64,000 nucleotides of DNA, from NCBI GenBank assembly GCA_051362555.1, contig CM120643.1, positions 4,712,001-4,776,000 on the forward strand, in the 5' to 3' direction. A program made the translations under genes and the position numbers. Positions 13,097 through 26,276 of this stretch are shown here, piece after piece. The DNA is from Lingula anatina. Taxonomy: Eukaryota > Animalia > Brachiopoda. The notes beneath the pieces were generated by a model, which worked only from the letters and a program-made list of their open reading frames with translations, made no database searches and was not told the DNA's origin. Each line of letters begins with the position of its first letter. The first letter of the stretch is position 1.

Positions 13097-13861
13097 GGGG
13101 GGGTGGGGGGGGGAGGGGAGGGGAGTGGGCTGTGCGAACAACAACATAGTTTGTTTGGAAATGCAATTATTCTATAACTTTTACATAATTTAAGAAATGT
13201 GTAGGTTAGAAGAATTTGAATTCTAATCATAGTATCTTAAGACATCGTAAGAAAATGTCATTATAGGCGTCCTCTCATTTTATGCGTTCCAATCTTTATT
13301 CAATATTTCATGTGAAACATGTATGGTGTTCATGAGTTGGAAAGGGTAGCCATTGCATATCCCCAAACTTCCCCACATTGTAAAGAGTAGTTCACGGAAA
13401 CAATACGACCTATATGGATAATTTTCACGTGCGTTTCGGTCGCACTCAAAACGAAATGATAAAGATTCTAGAAGCTGAGTTCACACGAAAGTTAATCACC
13501 CCCTAGCAGCTCCAGGATTGCTAATCTGATTGCATACAGTGAGAATCCTGGTGGAGTTGGATCAATCTACGTAGAATGATAGTTTCGTTGGGAACGCACC
13601 CTTAGATTCCGTTTGTAATTATAATTCTTAAAATCGAAGAACATCTTAAAATGTTTCGGACTATCGAACCTTCGGACTAATGAACCTTCGGACTATCGAA
13701 CCTTCGGACTAATGAACCTTCGGACCAATGGACCTTTAATTTTCGGACTAATGAACCTTCGGACCAATGAACCTTTTTGTTGAAAATCTGATGAAAAATT
13801 TACGAATTTTCGGACCAATGAACCTTCGGACCAATGAACCTTCGGACTATCGAGACACCCC
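12014..13861. mobile_element. Mutator/foldback-type non-autonomous element with 16-bp tandem arrays in its TIRs
   Basis: Left array (GTCCGAAGGTTCATTG/GATA)n at ~12025-12175 and the reverse-complement array at ~13655-13852. Ends are GGGG...CCCC, and the flanking direct repeat GATTTTCG lies at 12006-12013 and 13863-13870. Confidence 0.8.
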
Positions 13862-14100
13862 CGATTTTCGCGGTTCTGTGATGGCAGCCAAACGATCGGG
13901 TGTGGAGGTATAATGTAACTTTTGAAAATTGGGAAATCGACACGATCGGTTTACATTTATGGTAATTACTCCGTTTTTCGCACTATTTTGGTGACTTTAC
14001 TTTATATTTAAGTGACAAACCATATTTCTGATTTACTTTTTTACTGTGTGGTTTAAATAAAAAGGCAGGTTGCTTCTACACGGCTTTTACACGGTTTGTT

Positions 14101-14457
14101 CACAATCAGGTACCAGTAGTGTGGTCCACTAACACAATCAGGTACCAATAGTGTGATCCACTAACACAATCAGGTACCAATAGTGTGGTCCACTAACACA
14201 ATCAGGTACCAATAGTGTGGTCCACTAACACAATCAGGTACCAATAGTGTGGTTCACTAACACAATCAGGTACCAATAGTGTGATCCACTAACACAATCA
14301 GGTACCAATAGTGTGGTCCACTAACACAATCAGGTACCAATAGTGTGGTCCACTAACACAATCAGGTACCAATAGTGTGGTCCACTAACACAATCAGGTA
14401 CCAGTAGTGTGGTCCACTAACACAATCAGGTACCAGTAGTGTGGTCCACTAACACAA
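14101..14457. repeat. 32-bp minisatellite, 11 near-identical copies
   Basis: The unit CACAATCAGGTACCA(A/G)TAGTGTG(G/A)TCCACTAA repeats contiguously with no spacers. Confidence 0.95.
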
Positions 14458-14694
14458 ATAGTTCAAGCTTGAAAGAGGCATTATTTTTGATAATCAACAT
14501 ATATTTATATCATGGAAAAATATTTGAAGCATTCGATACTGTAAATATTTTTTAAAAACTTGTGAATATGTGAAGTAGTTTGGTAATGTATGGATTCTGC
14601 AGTGTGAGCATAACATGATCATATTTGATTTGTTGGGATTTGTACATCAACAGCAAAAAACAAACTTCTTTCATGGATGTTTATTGCAAATTTA

Positions 14695-15776
14695 GGCCAC
14701 ACTTTTTTATTTTTATGGATTACATCCTCTGGGGACCCCGAAATCGGTGCGAGAGGGCGAAAAAAAAAAAAAAAAACAGTCCAAAAAAAAAAAAAAAAAT
14801 GCTGCTTAAGTAAAGGAATGCTGTGCAGTACACAGCTGGAAACACAAATTTACCACAGAAACACGCATCAAACTAACAATATGTCTTTATCCATGCTCTC
14901 AAAATATTAAAGCATTGTGAATACTTCGTAGAAAGGTAAAAAAAGTCATGAATAGACGGGCCCGTAGCCAGGGGGTTCGAAAGAACCACCCCTTTTGTTG
15001 GGAAAAGGTCCACTCTGGGTAAAATTTGATCTAGATACATTAAGTTTTTATGGAAAATTGTCCACTTTTTCAAAAAAAGACCCCCCCCCCCTTTTGAAAT
15101 TGCTGGCTACGGGCATGATAGACATGCTGCATATTACCCAATCTATTTAAGGTTATTTCATGCATTTTGTTGGTATAACAATCAATAAAACAAATATCAA
15201 ACAAACAGCATGTCTTTATTTGTACTCTCAGAATATTAAAGCATTATGAACACTACACAGAAATGTTAAAAAATGATGCAAAGATATGCTTAATACTACC
15301 AACTCTATAAAAGGTCATTCCGTCGATGCCATTTGGTCTACTTCGACTCACATGAAGCAGCCAAACTGTCGGGTGGCCTGACCGACCTACAGCCCACCAA
15401 ATACCTCGACGCCCTGTCGACCCTTTTTTTTTTTTCGCTATAAAAAAACCTGGTATGTGTTGCTTTGGACAGAATATCACTGAAATTTTCCGGGCATAAC
15501 AATCCAAAACAACGGCCCCATTCCCTTTATGACTTTATATAATTAATTGTCCTGTAATTTGAAAGTAATCCTAGAGATGAATTTGATGGCAAAGCGGGCA
15601 TATTTCCACGTGGCAGTAATACGCATGCGCAGAAAGCACATTTTCCGGCGTTTGCGACAACCGACTTCGATGGGTGGGGGGGGGGGGAAGGGGTGATTTT
15701 TTTTTTTTTTTTTTGAGAACGGACGAAAATCGGTGCGCGCGCAGGATGTCATCCATAAAATTAAAAAAGTGTGGCC
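14695..15776. mobile_element. Non-autonomous TIR transposon (PIF/Harbinger- or Zator-like)
   Basis: ~34-bp TIR GGCCACACTTTTTTATTTTTATGGATTACATCCT / AGGATGTCATCCATAAAATTAAAAAAGTGTGGCC with TSD TTA on both sides. Confidence 0.8.
14957..15117. mobile_element. MITE with 5-bp TSD (hAT5-like), copy 1, nested in the previous element
   Basis: TIR CGGGCCCGTAGCCAG...CTGGCTACGGGCATG with TSD ATAGA (14952-14956, 15118-15122). AAAAGGTCCACT motifs lie internally. Confidence 0.75.
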
Positions 15777-15939
15777 TTATCATATAATTATAACAGTTAA
15801 GCTTGTGAAGTGAATGGAATTCATGTCGACTCATTCGGTTCTGTACAAATCAGGCCTCTACTTCAATCATGCTCATGAATTTAAATGATGTTGTAACTTT
15901 CCAAATTTGCCAGATAATTAAACAAATTCCTAATCTTAT

Positions 15940-18900
15940 TGGTAACAGTTTTCCCAAATTTATTGTTTAATGAAAATACACTTCAATAACACACAGTCAG
16001 TTGATAATCTTATCTCAGATTTTTACAGGTTTGAAGCTTCAGTTTTACAAATTTCAGAAACATTGGACTTCATTTGCCAAAATTATTAACATTTAACTAT
16101 ATTCATCCATGGAATTTACCTTTCTATTCAATGTGATTTTCAGTTTGCTGAAATTTATTGTTAAAAAAATACACTTCAATTACACACAGTCAACCGAAAA
16201 GCTTATCCCAGATTTTTACAGGTTTGAAGCTTCAGTTGTACAAATTTCACAAACATTGGAATATATTTTCAAAAATTATTAACATTTAACTATTTTCATC
16301 CATGGAATTTACCAGATTTTTCAATGCGATTTTCATTTCCCCCAAATTTATTGTTTAAAAAAATACACTTCAAATATACACAGTCAGTTGATAAGCTTAT
16401 CTCAGATTTCTACATGTTTGAAGCTTCAGTTGTACAAATCTCACAAACTGGAACTGTATTTGTGAAAATAATTAACGTTTAACTATTTTAATCCATGGAA
16501 TTTACCCGATTTTTCAATGCAATTTGCAGTTTTCCCAAATTTATTGTTTAAAAAATACACTTTAATTACACACAGTCAGTTGATAATCTTATATCAGGTT
16601 TTTACAGGTTTGGTGCTTCAGTTGTACAAATTTCAGAAACATTGGACTTCATTTGCCAAAATTATTAATGTTTAACTATTTTCAACCACGGAATTTACCA
16701 GCTTTTTCAATGCAATTTGCAGTTTTCCCAAATTTATTGTTTAAATAAATACACTTTAATTGCACACAGTCAGTTGATCAGCTTATCTCAGATTTTTACT
16801 GGTTTGAAGCTTCAGTTGTACAAATTTCACAAACATTGAACTGTATTTGTAAAAATTATTAACGTTTAACTATTTTCATACATGGAATTTGCCAATGTGT
16901 TTTCTCAAATATATTGTTAAAAAATAATCACTTTACTTACACTCAGTAATATATAAACTGTTAGTTATATCTCATATTATTACAGTTGTTGAACTTTATT
17001 TGTATACACATTTCACTGAAAATTTAATTGTTGTGATCAAGTTAACATTAAAAATAATTAAAAATGTATGAATGTACCAGTCTGGGCAGAAACAAGTGCG
17101 ACCACTTGTGACAGGTCATTCACCACAACACTTATTTCTGCCATAACTATTTGGACGCTTGACAGTACAACATAGGTTTATATTTTTCTCAAACCTTGCT
17201 CTGGTTGCCTGTAAGGCTTCTGTCTTTCAAAAAATAATGTTAGTCATTTCAAAAATCCATTCTTCTGTCTTCTTTTTCAGGTGACCCTTTCCACACAGTA
17301 ATGGCTTCTTGGTGAGCTGAGTGTACCTGTTCAGTCATGGCTATTCCTACAGGAAATGCAGGCAGCTACAAAATAAAGTCAGCAGCAAGATTATGGCTGT
17401 TTCCATGAGTACAATACATGTGGCAAGATTAAGGACATTGTCAAATGGTGTGCCAACAGCCTGATTCCAGAAATGCATTGTAGAGAGGAAACTGTGTCTG
17501 GTATTGGTAGGAATGTGAAGGCTGAAATGGGTATATATAGTTTTCCAGATGAGAGTTATGGGTAATTATCCACATTTTACACAGACAAACACAAATCTTC
17601 ACATTTGACGTTTCATTTGAGACTAAATGATTTCTTGCAATATTGATACATTTATTTATTTATTTATATCTAAGGGGAATTTCTAGTTTTTAAAATCTTA
17701 TTTTCAGTTATCTCAAATATTCTACAAATACACTTCAATTACACACAGTCAGTTGATAATTTTATCACAGGTTTTTACAGTTTTGAAGCTTCAGTTTTAC
17801 AAATTTCAGAAACATTGGACTTCATTTGCCAAAATTATTAACATTTAACCATTTTCATCCATGGAATTTACCAGCTTTTTCAATGCAATTTGCAGTTTTC
17901 CCAAATTTATTGTTTAAAAAAATAAACTTTCAATTACACACAGTCAGTTGATAAGCCTATCTCAGATTTTTACAGGTTTGAAGCTTCAGTTGTACAAATT
18001 TCAGAATCATTGGACTTCATTTGCCAAAATTATTAACATTTAACTATTTTCATCCATGGAATTTACCAGCTTTTTCAATGCAATTTGCAGTTTTCCCAAA
18101 TGTATTGTTTAAAAAAATAAACTTCAATTACACACTGTCAGTTGATAAGCTTATCTCAGATTTTTACAGGTTTGAAGCTTCATTTGTACAAATTTCAGAA
18201 TCATTGGACTTCATTTGCCAAAATTATTAACATTTAACTATTTTCATCCATGGAATTTACCAGCTTTTTCAATGCAATTTGCAGTTTCCCCAAATTTATT
18301 GTTTAAATAAATACACTTTAATTGCACACAGTCAGTTGATCAGCTTATCTCAGATTTTTACTGGTTTGAAGCTTCAGTTGTACAAATTTCAGAATCATTG
18401 GACTTCATTTGCCAAAATTATTAACATTTAACTATTTTCATCCATGGAATTTACCAGCTTTTTCAATGCAATTTGCAGTTTCCCCAAATTTATTGTTTAA
18501 ATAAATACACTTTAATTGCACACAGTCAGTTGATCAGCTTATCTCAGATTTTTACTGGTTTGAAGCTTCAGTTGTACAAATTTCACAAACATTGAACTGT
18601 ATTTGTAAAAATTATTAACGTTTAACTATTTTCATACATGGAATTTGCCAATGTGTTTTCTCAAATATATTGTTAAAAAATAATCACTTTACTTACACTC
18701 AGTAATATATAAACTGTTAGTTATATCTCATATTATTACAGTTGTTGAACTTTATTTGTATACACATTTCACTGAAAATTTAATTGTTGTGATCAAGTTA
18801 ACATTAAAAATAATTAAAAATGTATGAATGTACCAGTCTGGGCAGAAACAAGTGCGACCACTTGTGACAGGTCATTCACCACAACACTTATTTCTGCCAT

Positions 18901-21900
18901 AACTATTTGGACGCTTGACAGTACAACATAGGTTTATATTTTTCTCAAACCTTGCTCTGGTTGCCTGTAAGGCTTCTGTCTTTCAAAAAATAATGTTAGT
19001 CATTTCAAAAATCCATTCTTCTGTCTTCTTTTTCAGGTGACCCTTTCCACACAGTAATGGCTTCTTGGTGAGCTGAGTGTACCTGTTCAGTCATGGCTAT
19101 TCCTACAGGAAATGCAGGCAGCTACAAAATAAAGTCAGCAGCAAGATTATGGCTGTTTCCATGAGTACAATACATGTGGCAAGATTAAGGACATTGTCAA
19201 ATGGTGTGCCAACAGCCTGATTCCAGAAATGCATTGTAGAGAGGAAACTGTGTCTGGTATTGGTAGGAATGTGAAGGCTGAAATGGGTATATATAGTTTT
19301 CCAGCTGAGAGTTATGGGTAATTATCCACATTTTACACAGACAAACACAAATCTTCACATTTGACGTTTCATTTGAGACTAAATGATTTCTTGCAATATT
19401 GATACATTTATTTATTTATTTATATCTAAGGGGAATTTCTAGTTTTTAAAATCTTATTTTCAGTTATCTCAAATATTCTACAAATACACTTCAATTACAC
19501 ACAGTCAGTTGATAATTTTATCACAGGTTTTTACAGTTTTGAAGCTTCAGTTTTACAAATTTCAGAAACATTGGACTTCATTTGCCAAAATTATTAACAT
19601 TTAACCATTTTCATCCATGGAATTTACCAGCTTTTTCAATGCAATTTGCAGTTTTCCCAAATTTATTGTTTAAAAAAATAAACTTTCAATTACACACAGT
19701 CAGTTGATAAGCCTATCTCAGATTTTTACAGGTTTGAAGCTTCAGTTGTACAAATTTCAGAATCATTGGACTTCATTTGCCAAAATTATTAACATTTAAC
19801 TATTTTCATCCATGGAATTTACCAGCTTTTTCAATGCAATTTGCAGTTTTCCCAAATGTATTGTTTAAAAAAATAAACTTCAATTACACACTGTCAGTTG
19901 ATAAGCTTATCTCAGATTTTTACAGGTTTGAAGCTTCATTTGTACAAATTTCAGAATCATTGGACTTCATTTGCCAAAATTATTAACATTTAACTATTTT
20001 CATCCATGGAATTTACCAGCTTTTTCAATGCAATTTGCAGTTTCCCCAAATTTATTGTTTAAATAAATACACTTTAATTGCACACAGTCAGTTGATCAGC
20101 TTATCTCAGATTTTTACTGGTTTGAAGCTTCAGTTGTACAAATTTCAGAATCATTGGACTTCATTTGCCAAAATTATTAACATTTAACTATTTTCATCCA
20201 TGGAATTTACCAGCTTTTTCAATGCAATTTGCAGTTTCCCCAAATTTATTGTTTAAATAAATACACTTTAATTGCACACAGTCAGTTGATCAGCTTATCT
20301 CAGATTTTTACTGGTTTGAAGCTTCAGTTGTACAAATTTCACAAACATTGAACTGTATTTGTAAAAATTATTAACGTTTAACTATTTTCATACATGGAAT
20401 TTGCCAATGTGTTTTCTCAAATATATTGTTAAAAAATAATCACTTTACTTACACTCAGTAATATATAAACTGTTAGTTATATCTCATATTATTACAGTTG
20501 TTGAACTTTATTTGTATACACATTTCACTGAAAATTTAATTGTTGTGATCAAGTTAACATTAAAAATAATTAAAAATGTATGAATGTACCAGTCTGGGCA
20601 GAAACAAGTGCGACCACTTGTGACAGGTCATTCACCACAACACTTATTTCTGCCATAACTATTTGGACGCTTGACAGTACAACATAGGTTTATATTTTTC
20701 TCAAACCTTGCTCTGGTTGCCTGTAAGGCTTCTGTCTTTCAAAAAATAATGTTAGTCATTTCAAAAATCCATTCTTCTGTCTTCTTTTTCAGGTGACCCT
20801 TTCCACACAGTAATGGCTTCTTGGTGAGCTGAGTGTACCTGTTCAGTCATGGCTATTCCTACAGGAAATGCAGGCAGCTACAAAATAAAGTCAGCAGCAA
20901 GATTATGGCTGTTTCCATGAGTACAATACATGTGGCAAGATTAAGGACATTGTCAAATGGTGTGCCAACAGCCTGATTCCAGAAATGCATTGTAGAGAGG
21001 AAACTGTGTCTGGTATTGGTAGGAATGTGAAGGCTGAAATGGGTATATATAGTTTTCCAGATGAGAGTTATGGGTAATTATCCACATTTTACACAGACAA
21101 ACACAAATCTTCACATTTGACGTTTCATTTGAGACTAAATGATTTCTTGCAATATTGATACATTTATTTATTTATTTATATCTAAGGGGAATTTCTAGTT
21201 TTTAAAATCTTATTTTCAGTTATCTCAAATATTCTACAAATACACTTCAATTACACACAGTCAGTTGATAATTTTATCACAGGTTTTTACAGTTTTGAAG
21301 CTTCAGTTTTACAAATTTCAGAAACATTGGACTTCATTTGCCAAAATTATTAACATTTAACCATTTTCATCCATGGAATTTACCAGCTTTTTCAATGCAA
21401 TTTGCAGTTTTCCCAAATTTATTGTTTAAAAAAATAAACTTTCAATTACACACAGTCAGTTGATAAGCCTATCTCAGATTTTTACAGGTTTGAAGCTTCA
21501 GTTGTACAAATTTCAGAATCATTGGACTTCATTTGCCAAAATTATTAATGTTTAACTATTTTCATCCATGGAATTTACCAGCTTTTTCAATGCAATTTGC
21601 AGTTTTCCCAAATTTATTGTTTAAAATAATACACTTTAATTACACTCAGTCAGTTGATAATCTTATATCAGGTTTTTACAGGTTTGAAGCTTCAGTTGTA
21701 CAAATTTCACAAACATTGAACTATGTTTGTAAAAATTATTAACGTTTAACTATTTTCATCCATGGAATTTACCAGGTTTTTTAATTGCAATTTGCAGTTT
21801 TCCCAAATGTATTGTTTAAAAAAATAAACTTCAATTACACACAGTCAGTTGATCAGCTTATCTCAGATTTTTACAGGTTTGAAGCTTCAGTTGTACAAAT

Positions 21901-24865
21901 CTCACAAACATTAAACTGTATTTGTGAAAATAATTAACGTTTAACTATTTTCATCCATGGAATTTACCAGATTTTTCAATGCAATTTGTAGTTTTCCCAA
22001 ATTTATGGTTAAAAAAAAATACACTTTAATTGCACTCAGTCAGTTGATAAGCTTATCTCAGTTTTTTACAGGTTTGAAGCTTTAGTTGTACAAATTTCAC
22101 AAACATTGAACTATAAATGCCGAAATAATTAACATTTAACTATTTTCATCCATGGAATTTACCAGCTTTTTCAATGCAATTTGCAGTTTTCCCAAATTTA
22201 TTGTTTGAAAAAAATTCACTTTAATTACACACAGTCAGTTGGTAAGCTTATCTCAGGTTTTTACAGGTTTGAAGCTGCAGTTGTACAAATCTCAGAAACA
22301 TTGGACTTCATTTGCCAAAATTATTAATGTTTAACTATTTTCATCCATGGAATTTACCAGATTTTTCAATGCGATTTGCAGTTTTCCCAAGTTTATTGTT
22401 TAAAAAAAATACATTTTACACACAGTCAGTTGGTAAGCTTATCTCAGGTTTTTACAGGTTTGAAGCTTCAGTTGTACAAATTTCAAAAACATTGAACTAT
22501 ATTTATAAAAAATTATTAATGTTTAACTATTTTCATCCATGGAATTTACCAGCTTTTTCAATGCAATTTGCAGTTTTCCCAAATTTATTGTTTAAAATAA
22601 TACACTTTAATTACACTCAGTCAGTTGATAATCTTATATCAGGTTTTTACAGGTTTGAAGCTTCAGTTGTACAAATTTCACAAACATTGAACTATATTTG
22701 TAAAAATTATTAACGTTTAACTATTTTCATCCATGGAATTTACCAGGTTTTTTAATTGCAATTTGCAGTTTTCCCAAATTTATTGTTTAAAAAAATACAC
22801 TTCAATTGCACACAGTCAGTTGATCAGCTTATCTCAGGTTTTTACTGGTTTGAAGCTTCAGTTGTACAAATTTCACAAACATTGAACTGTATTTGTAAAA
22901 ATTATTAACGTTTAACTATTTTCATCCATGGAATTTGCCAATGTGTTTTCTCAAATATATTGTTAAAAAATAATCACTTTACTTACACTCAGTAATATAT
23001 AAACTGTTAGTTATATCTCATATTATTACAGTTGTTGAACTTTATTTGTATACACATTTCACTGAAAATTTAATTGTTGTGATCAAGTTTACATTAAAAA
23101 TAATTAAAAATGTATGAATGTACCAGTCTGGGCAGAAACAAGTGCGACCACTTGTGACAGGTTATTCACCACAACACTTATTTCTGCCATAACTATTTGG
23201 ACACTTGACAGTACAACATAGGTTTATATTTTTCTCAAACCTTGCTCTGGTTGCCTGTAAGGCTTCTGTCTTTCAAAAAATAATGTTAGTCATTTCAAAA
23301 ATCCATTCTTCTGTCTTCTTTTTCAGGTGACCCTTTCCACACAGTAATGGCTTCTTGGTGAGCTGAGTGTACCTGTTCAGTCATGGCTATTCCTACAGGA
23401 AATGCAGGCAGCTACAAAATAAAGTCAGCAGCAAGATTATGGCTGTTTCCATGAGTACAATACATGTGGCAAGATTAAGGACATTGTCAAATGGTGTGCC
23501 AACAGCCTGATTCCAGAAATGCATTGTAGAGAGGAAACTGTGTCTGGTATTGGTAGGAATGTGAAGGCTGAAATATATAGTTTTCCAGATGAGAGTTATG
23601 GGTAATTATCCACATTTTACACAGACAAACACAAATCTTCACATTTGACGTTTCATTTGAGACTAAATGATTTCTTGCAATATTGATACATTTATTTATT
23701 TATTTATATCTAAGGGGAATTTCTAGTTTTTAAAATCTTATTTTCAGTATCTCAAATATTCTACAAATACACTTCAATTACACGCAGTCAGTCGATAAGC
23801 CTATCTCAGGTTTTTACCGGTTTGAAGCTTCAGTTTTACAAATTTCAGAAACATTGGACTTCATTTGCCAAAATTATTAACATTTAACTATTTTCATCCA
23901 TGGAATTTACCAGCTTTTTCAATGCAATTTGCAGTTTTCCCAAATTTATTGTTTAAAAAAAAATACACTTTAATTGCACACAGTCAGTTGATCAGCTTAT
24001 CTCAGATTTTTACTGGTTTGAAGCTTCAGTTGTACAAATTTCACAAACATTGAACTGTATTTGTAAAAATTATTAACGTTTAACTATTTTCATACATGGA
24101 ATTTGCCAATGTGTTTTCTCAAATATATTGTTAAAAAATAATCATTTTATTTACACTCAGTAATATATAAACTGTTAGTTATATCTCATATTATTACAGT
24201 TGTTGAACTTTATTTGTATACACATTTCACTGAAAATTTAATTGTTGTGATCAAGTTTACATTAAAAATAATTAAAAATGTATGAATGTACCAGTCTGGG
24301 CAGAAACAAGTGCGACCACTTGTGACAGGTTATTCACCACAACACTTATTTCTGCCATAACTATTTGGACGCTTGACAGTACAACATAGGTTTATATTTT
24401 TCTTAAAACTTGCTCTGGTTGCCTGTAAGGCTTCTTTCTTTCATAATATAATGTAGGTCATTTCAAAAATCCATTCTTCTGTCTTCTTTTTCAGGTGACC
24501 CCTTCCACACAGTAATGGCTTCTTGGTGAGCTGAGTGTACCTGTTCAGTCATGGCTATTCCTACAGGAAAAGCAGGCAGCTGTAAAGACAGCAGCAAGAT
24601 CATGGCTGTTTCCATGAGTACAATACATGATATGTGGCAAAATTAAGGACATTGTCAAATGGTGTGCCAACAGCCTGATTCCAGAAATGCATTGTAGAGA
24701 GGAAACTGTGTCTGGTATTGGTAGGAATGTGAAGGCTGAAATGGGTATATATAGTTTTCCAGCTGAGAGTTATGGGTAATTATCCACATTTTACACAGAC
24801 AAACACAAATCTTCACATTTGATGTTTCATTTGAGACTAAATGATTTCTTGCAATATTGAAACAT

Positions 24866-24896
<31 letters not shown>

Positions 24897-26276
24897 TATC
24901 TAAGGGGAATTTCTTGTTTTTAAAATTTTATTTTCAGTTATCTGAAATATCCTACAAATACACTTCAATTACACGCAGTCAGTCGATAAGCCTATCTCAG
25001 GTTTTTACCGGTTTGAAGCTTCATTTCTACAAATTTCACAAACATTGAACTATATTAGTAAAAATTATTAACATTTAACTATTTTCATCCATGGAATTTA
25101 CCAGCTTTTTCAATGCAATTTGCAGTTTTCCCAAATGTATTGTTTAAAAAAATAAACTTCAATTACACACAGTCAGTTGATCAGCTTATCTCAGATTTTT
25201 ACAGGTTTGAAGCTTCAGTTGTACAAATCTCACAAACATTGAACTGTATTTGTGAAAATAATTAACGTTTAACTATTTTCATCCATGGAATTTACCAGAT
25301 TTTTCAATGCAATTTGTAGTTTTCCCAAATTTATGGTTAAAAAAAAATACACTTTAATTGCACTCAGTCAGTTGATAAGCTTATCTCAGTTTTTTACAGG
25401 TTTGAAGCTTTAGTTGTACAAATTTCACAAACATTGAACTATAAATGCCGAAATAATTAACATTTAACTATTTTCATCCATGGAATTTACCAGCTTTTTC
25501 AATGCAATTTGCAGTTTTCCCAAATTTATTGTTTGAAAAAAATTCACTTTAATTACACACAGTCAGTTGGTAAGCTTATCTCAGGTTTTTACAGGTTTGA
25601 AGCTGCAGTTGTACAAATTTCAGAAACATTGGACTTCATTTGCCAAAATTATTAATGTTTAACTATTTTCATCCATGGAATTTACCAGATTTTTCAATGC
25701 GATTTGCAGTTTTCCCAAGTTTATTGTTTAAAAAAAATACATTTTACACACAGTCAGTTGGTAAGCTTATCTCAGGTTTTTACAGGTTTGAAGCTTCAGT
25801 TGTACAAATTTCAAAAACATTGAACTATATTTATAAAAAATTATTAACGTTTAACTATTTTCATCCATGGACTTTGTGACAGGTCATTCACCACAATACT
25901 TATTTCTGCCATAACTATTTGGATGCTTGACAGTACAACATAGGTTTATATTTTTCTTTAAACTTGCTCTGGTTGCCTGTAAGGCTTCTGTCGTTCATAA
26001 ATTAATATTAGTCATTTCAAAAATCCATTCTTCTGTCTTCTTTTTCAGGTGACCCTTTCCACACAGTAATGGCTTCTTGGTGAGCTGAGTGTACCTGTTC
26101 AGTCATGGCTATTCCTACAGGAAAAGCAGGCAGCTGTAAAGACAGCAGCAAGATCATGGCTGTTTCCATGAGTACAATACATGATATGTGGCAAGATTAT
26201 GGATCTTGTCAAATGGTTTCTGTACAAGTTTCACTAACATTGTACTATATTTGTCAAAATTATTAATTTTTAACTA
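15940..26276. repeat. Satellite DNA: ~194-bp monomers interleaved with a ~0.85-kb spacer, forming a 1756-bp higher-order repeat
   Basis: The monomer marker GAAGCTTCAG recurs at ~16033, 16226 and 16420. ORF starts at 18021, 19777 and 21533 give a period of 1756. The spacer begins at ~16891, 18647, 20403, 22938 and 24106, with a partial copy at ~25873. Confidence 0.95.

Noticed and set aside
14101-14457. CRISPR-like array (32-bp hairpin-forming repeats)
   Set aside because: The repeats are contiguous with no unique spacers, there are no cas genes, and the context is eukaryotic.
18021-25879. Repeated short ORFs MPKLLTFNYFHPWNLP...
   Set aside because: They are by-products of the satellite monomer, start at TTG, and vary by frameshifts between copies.
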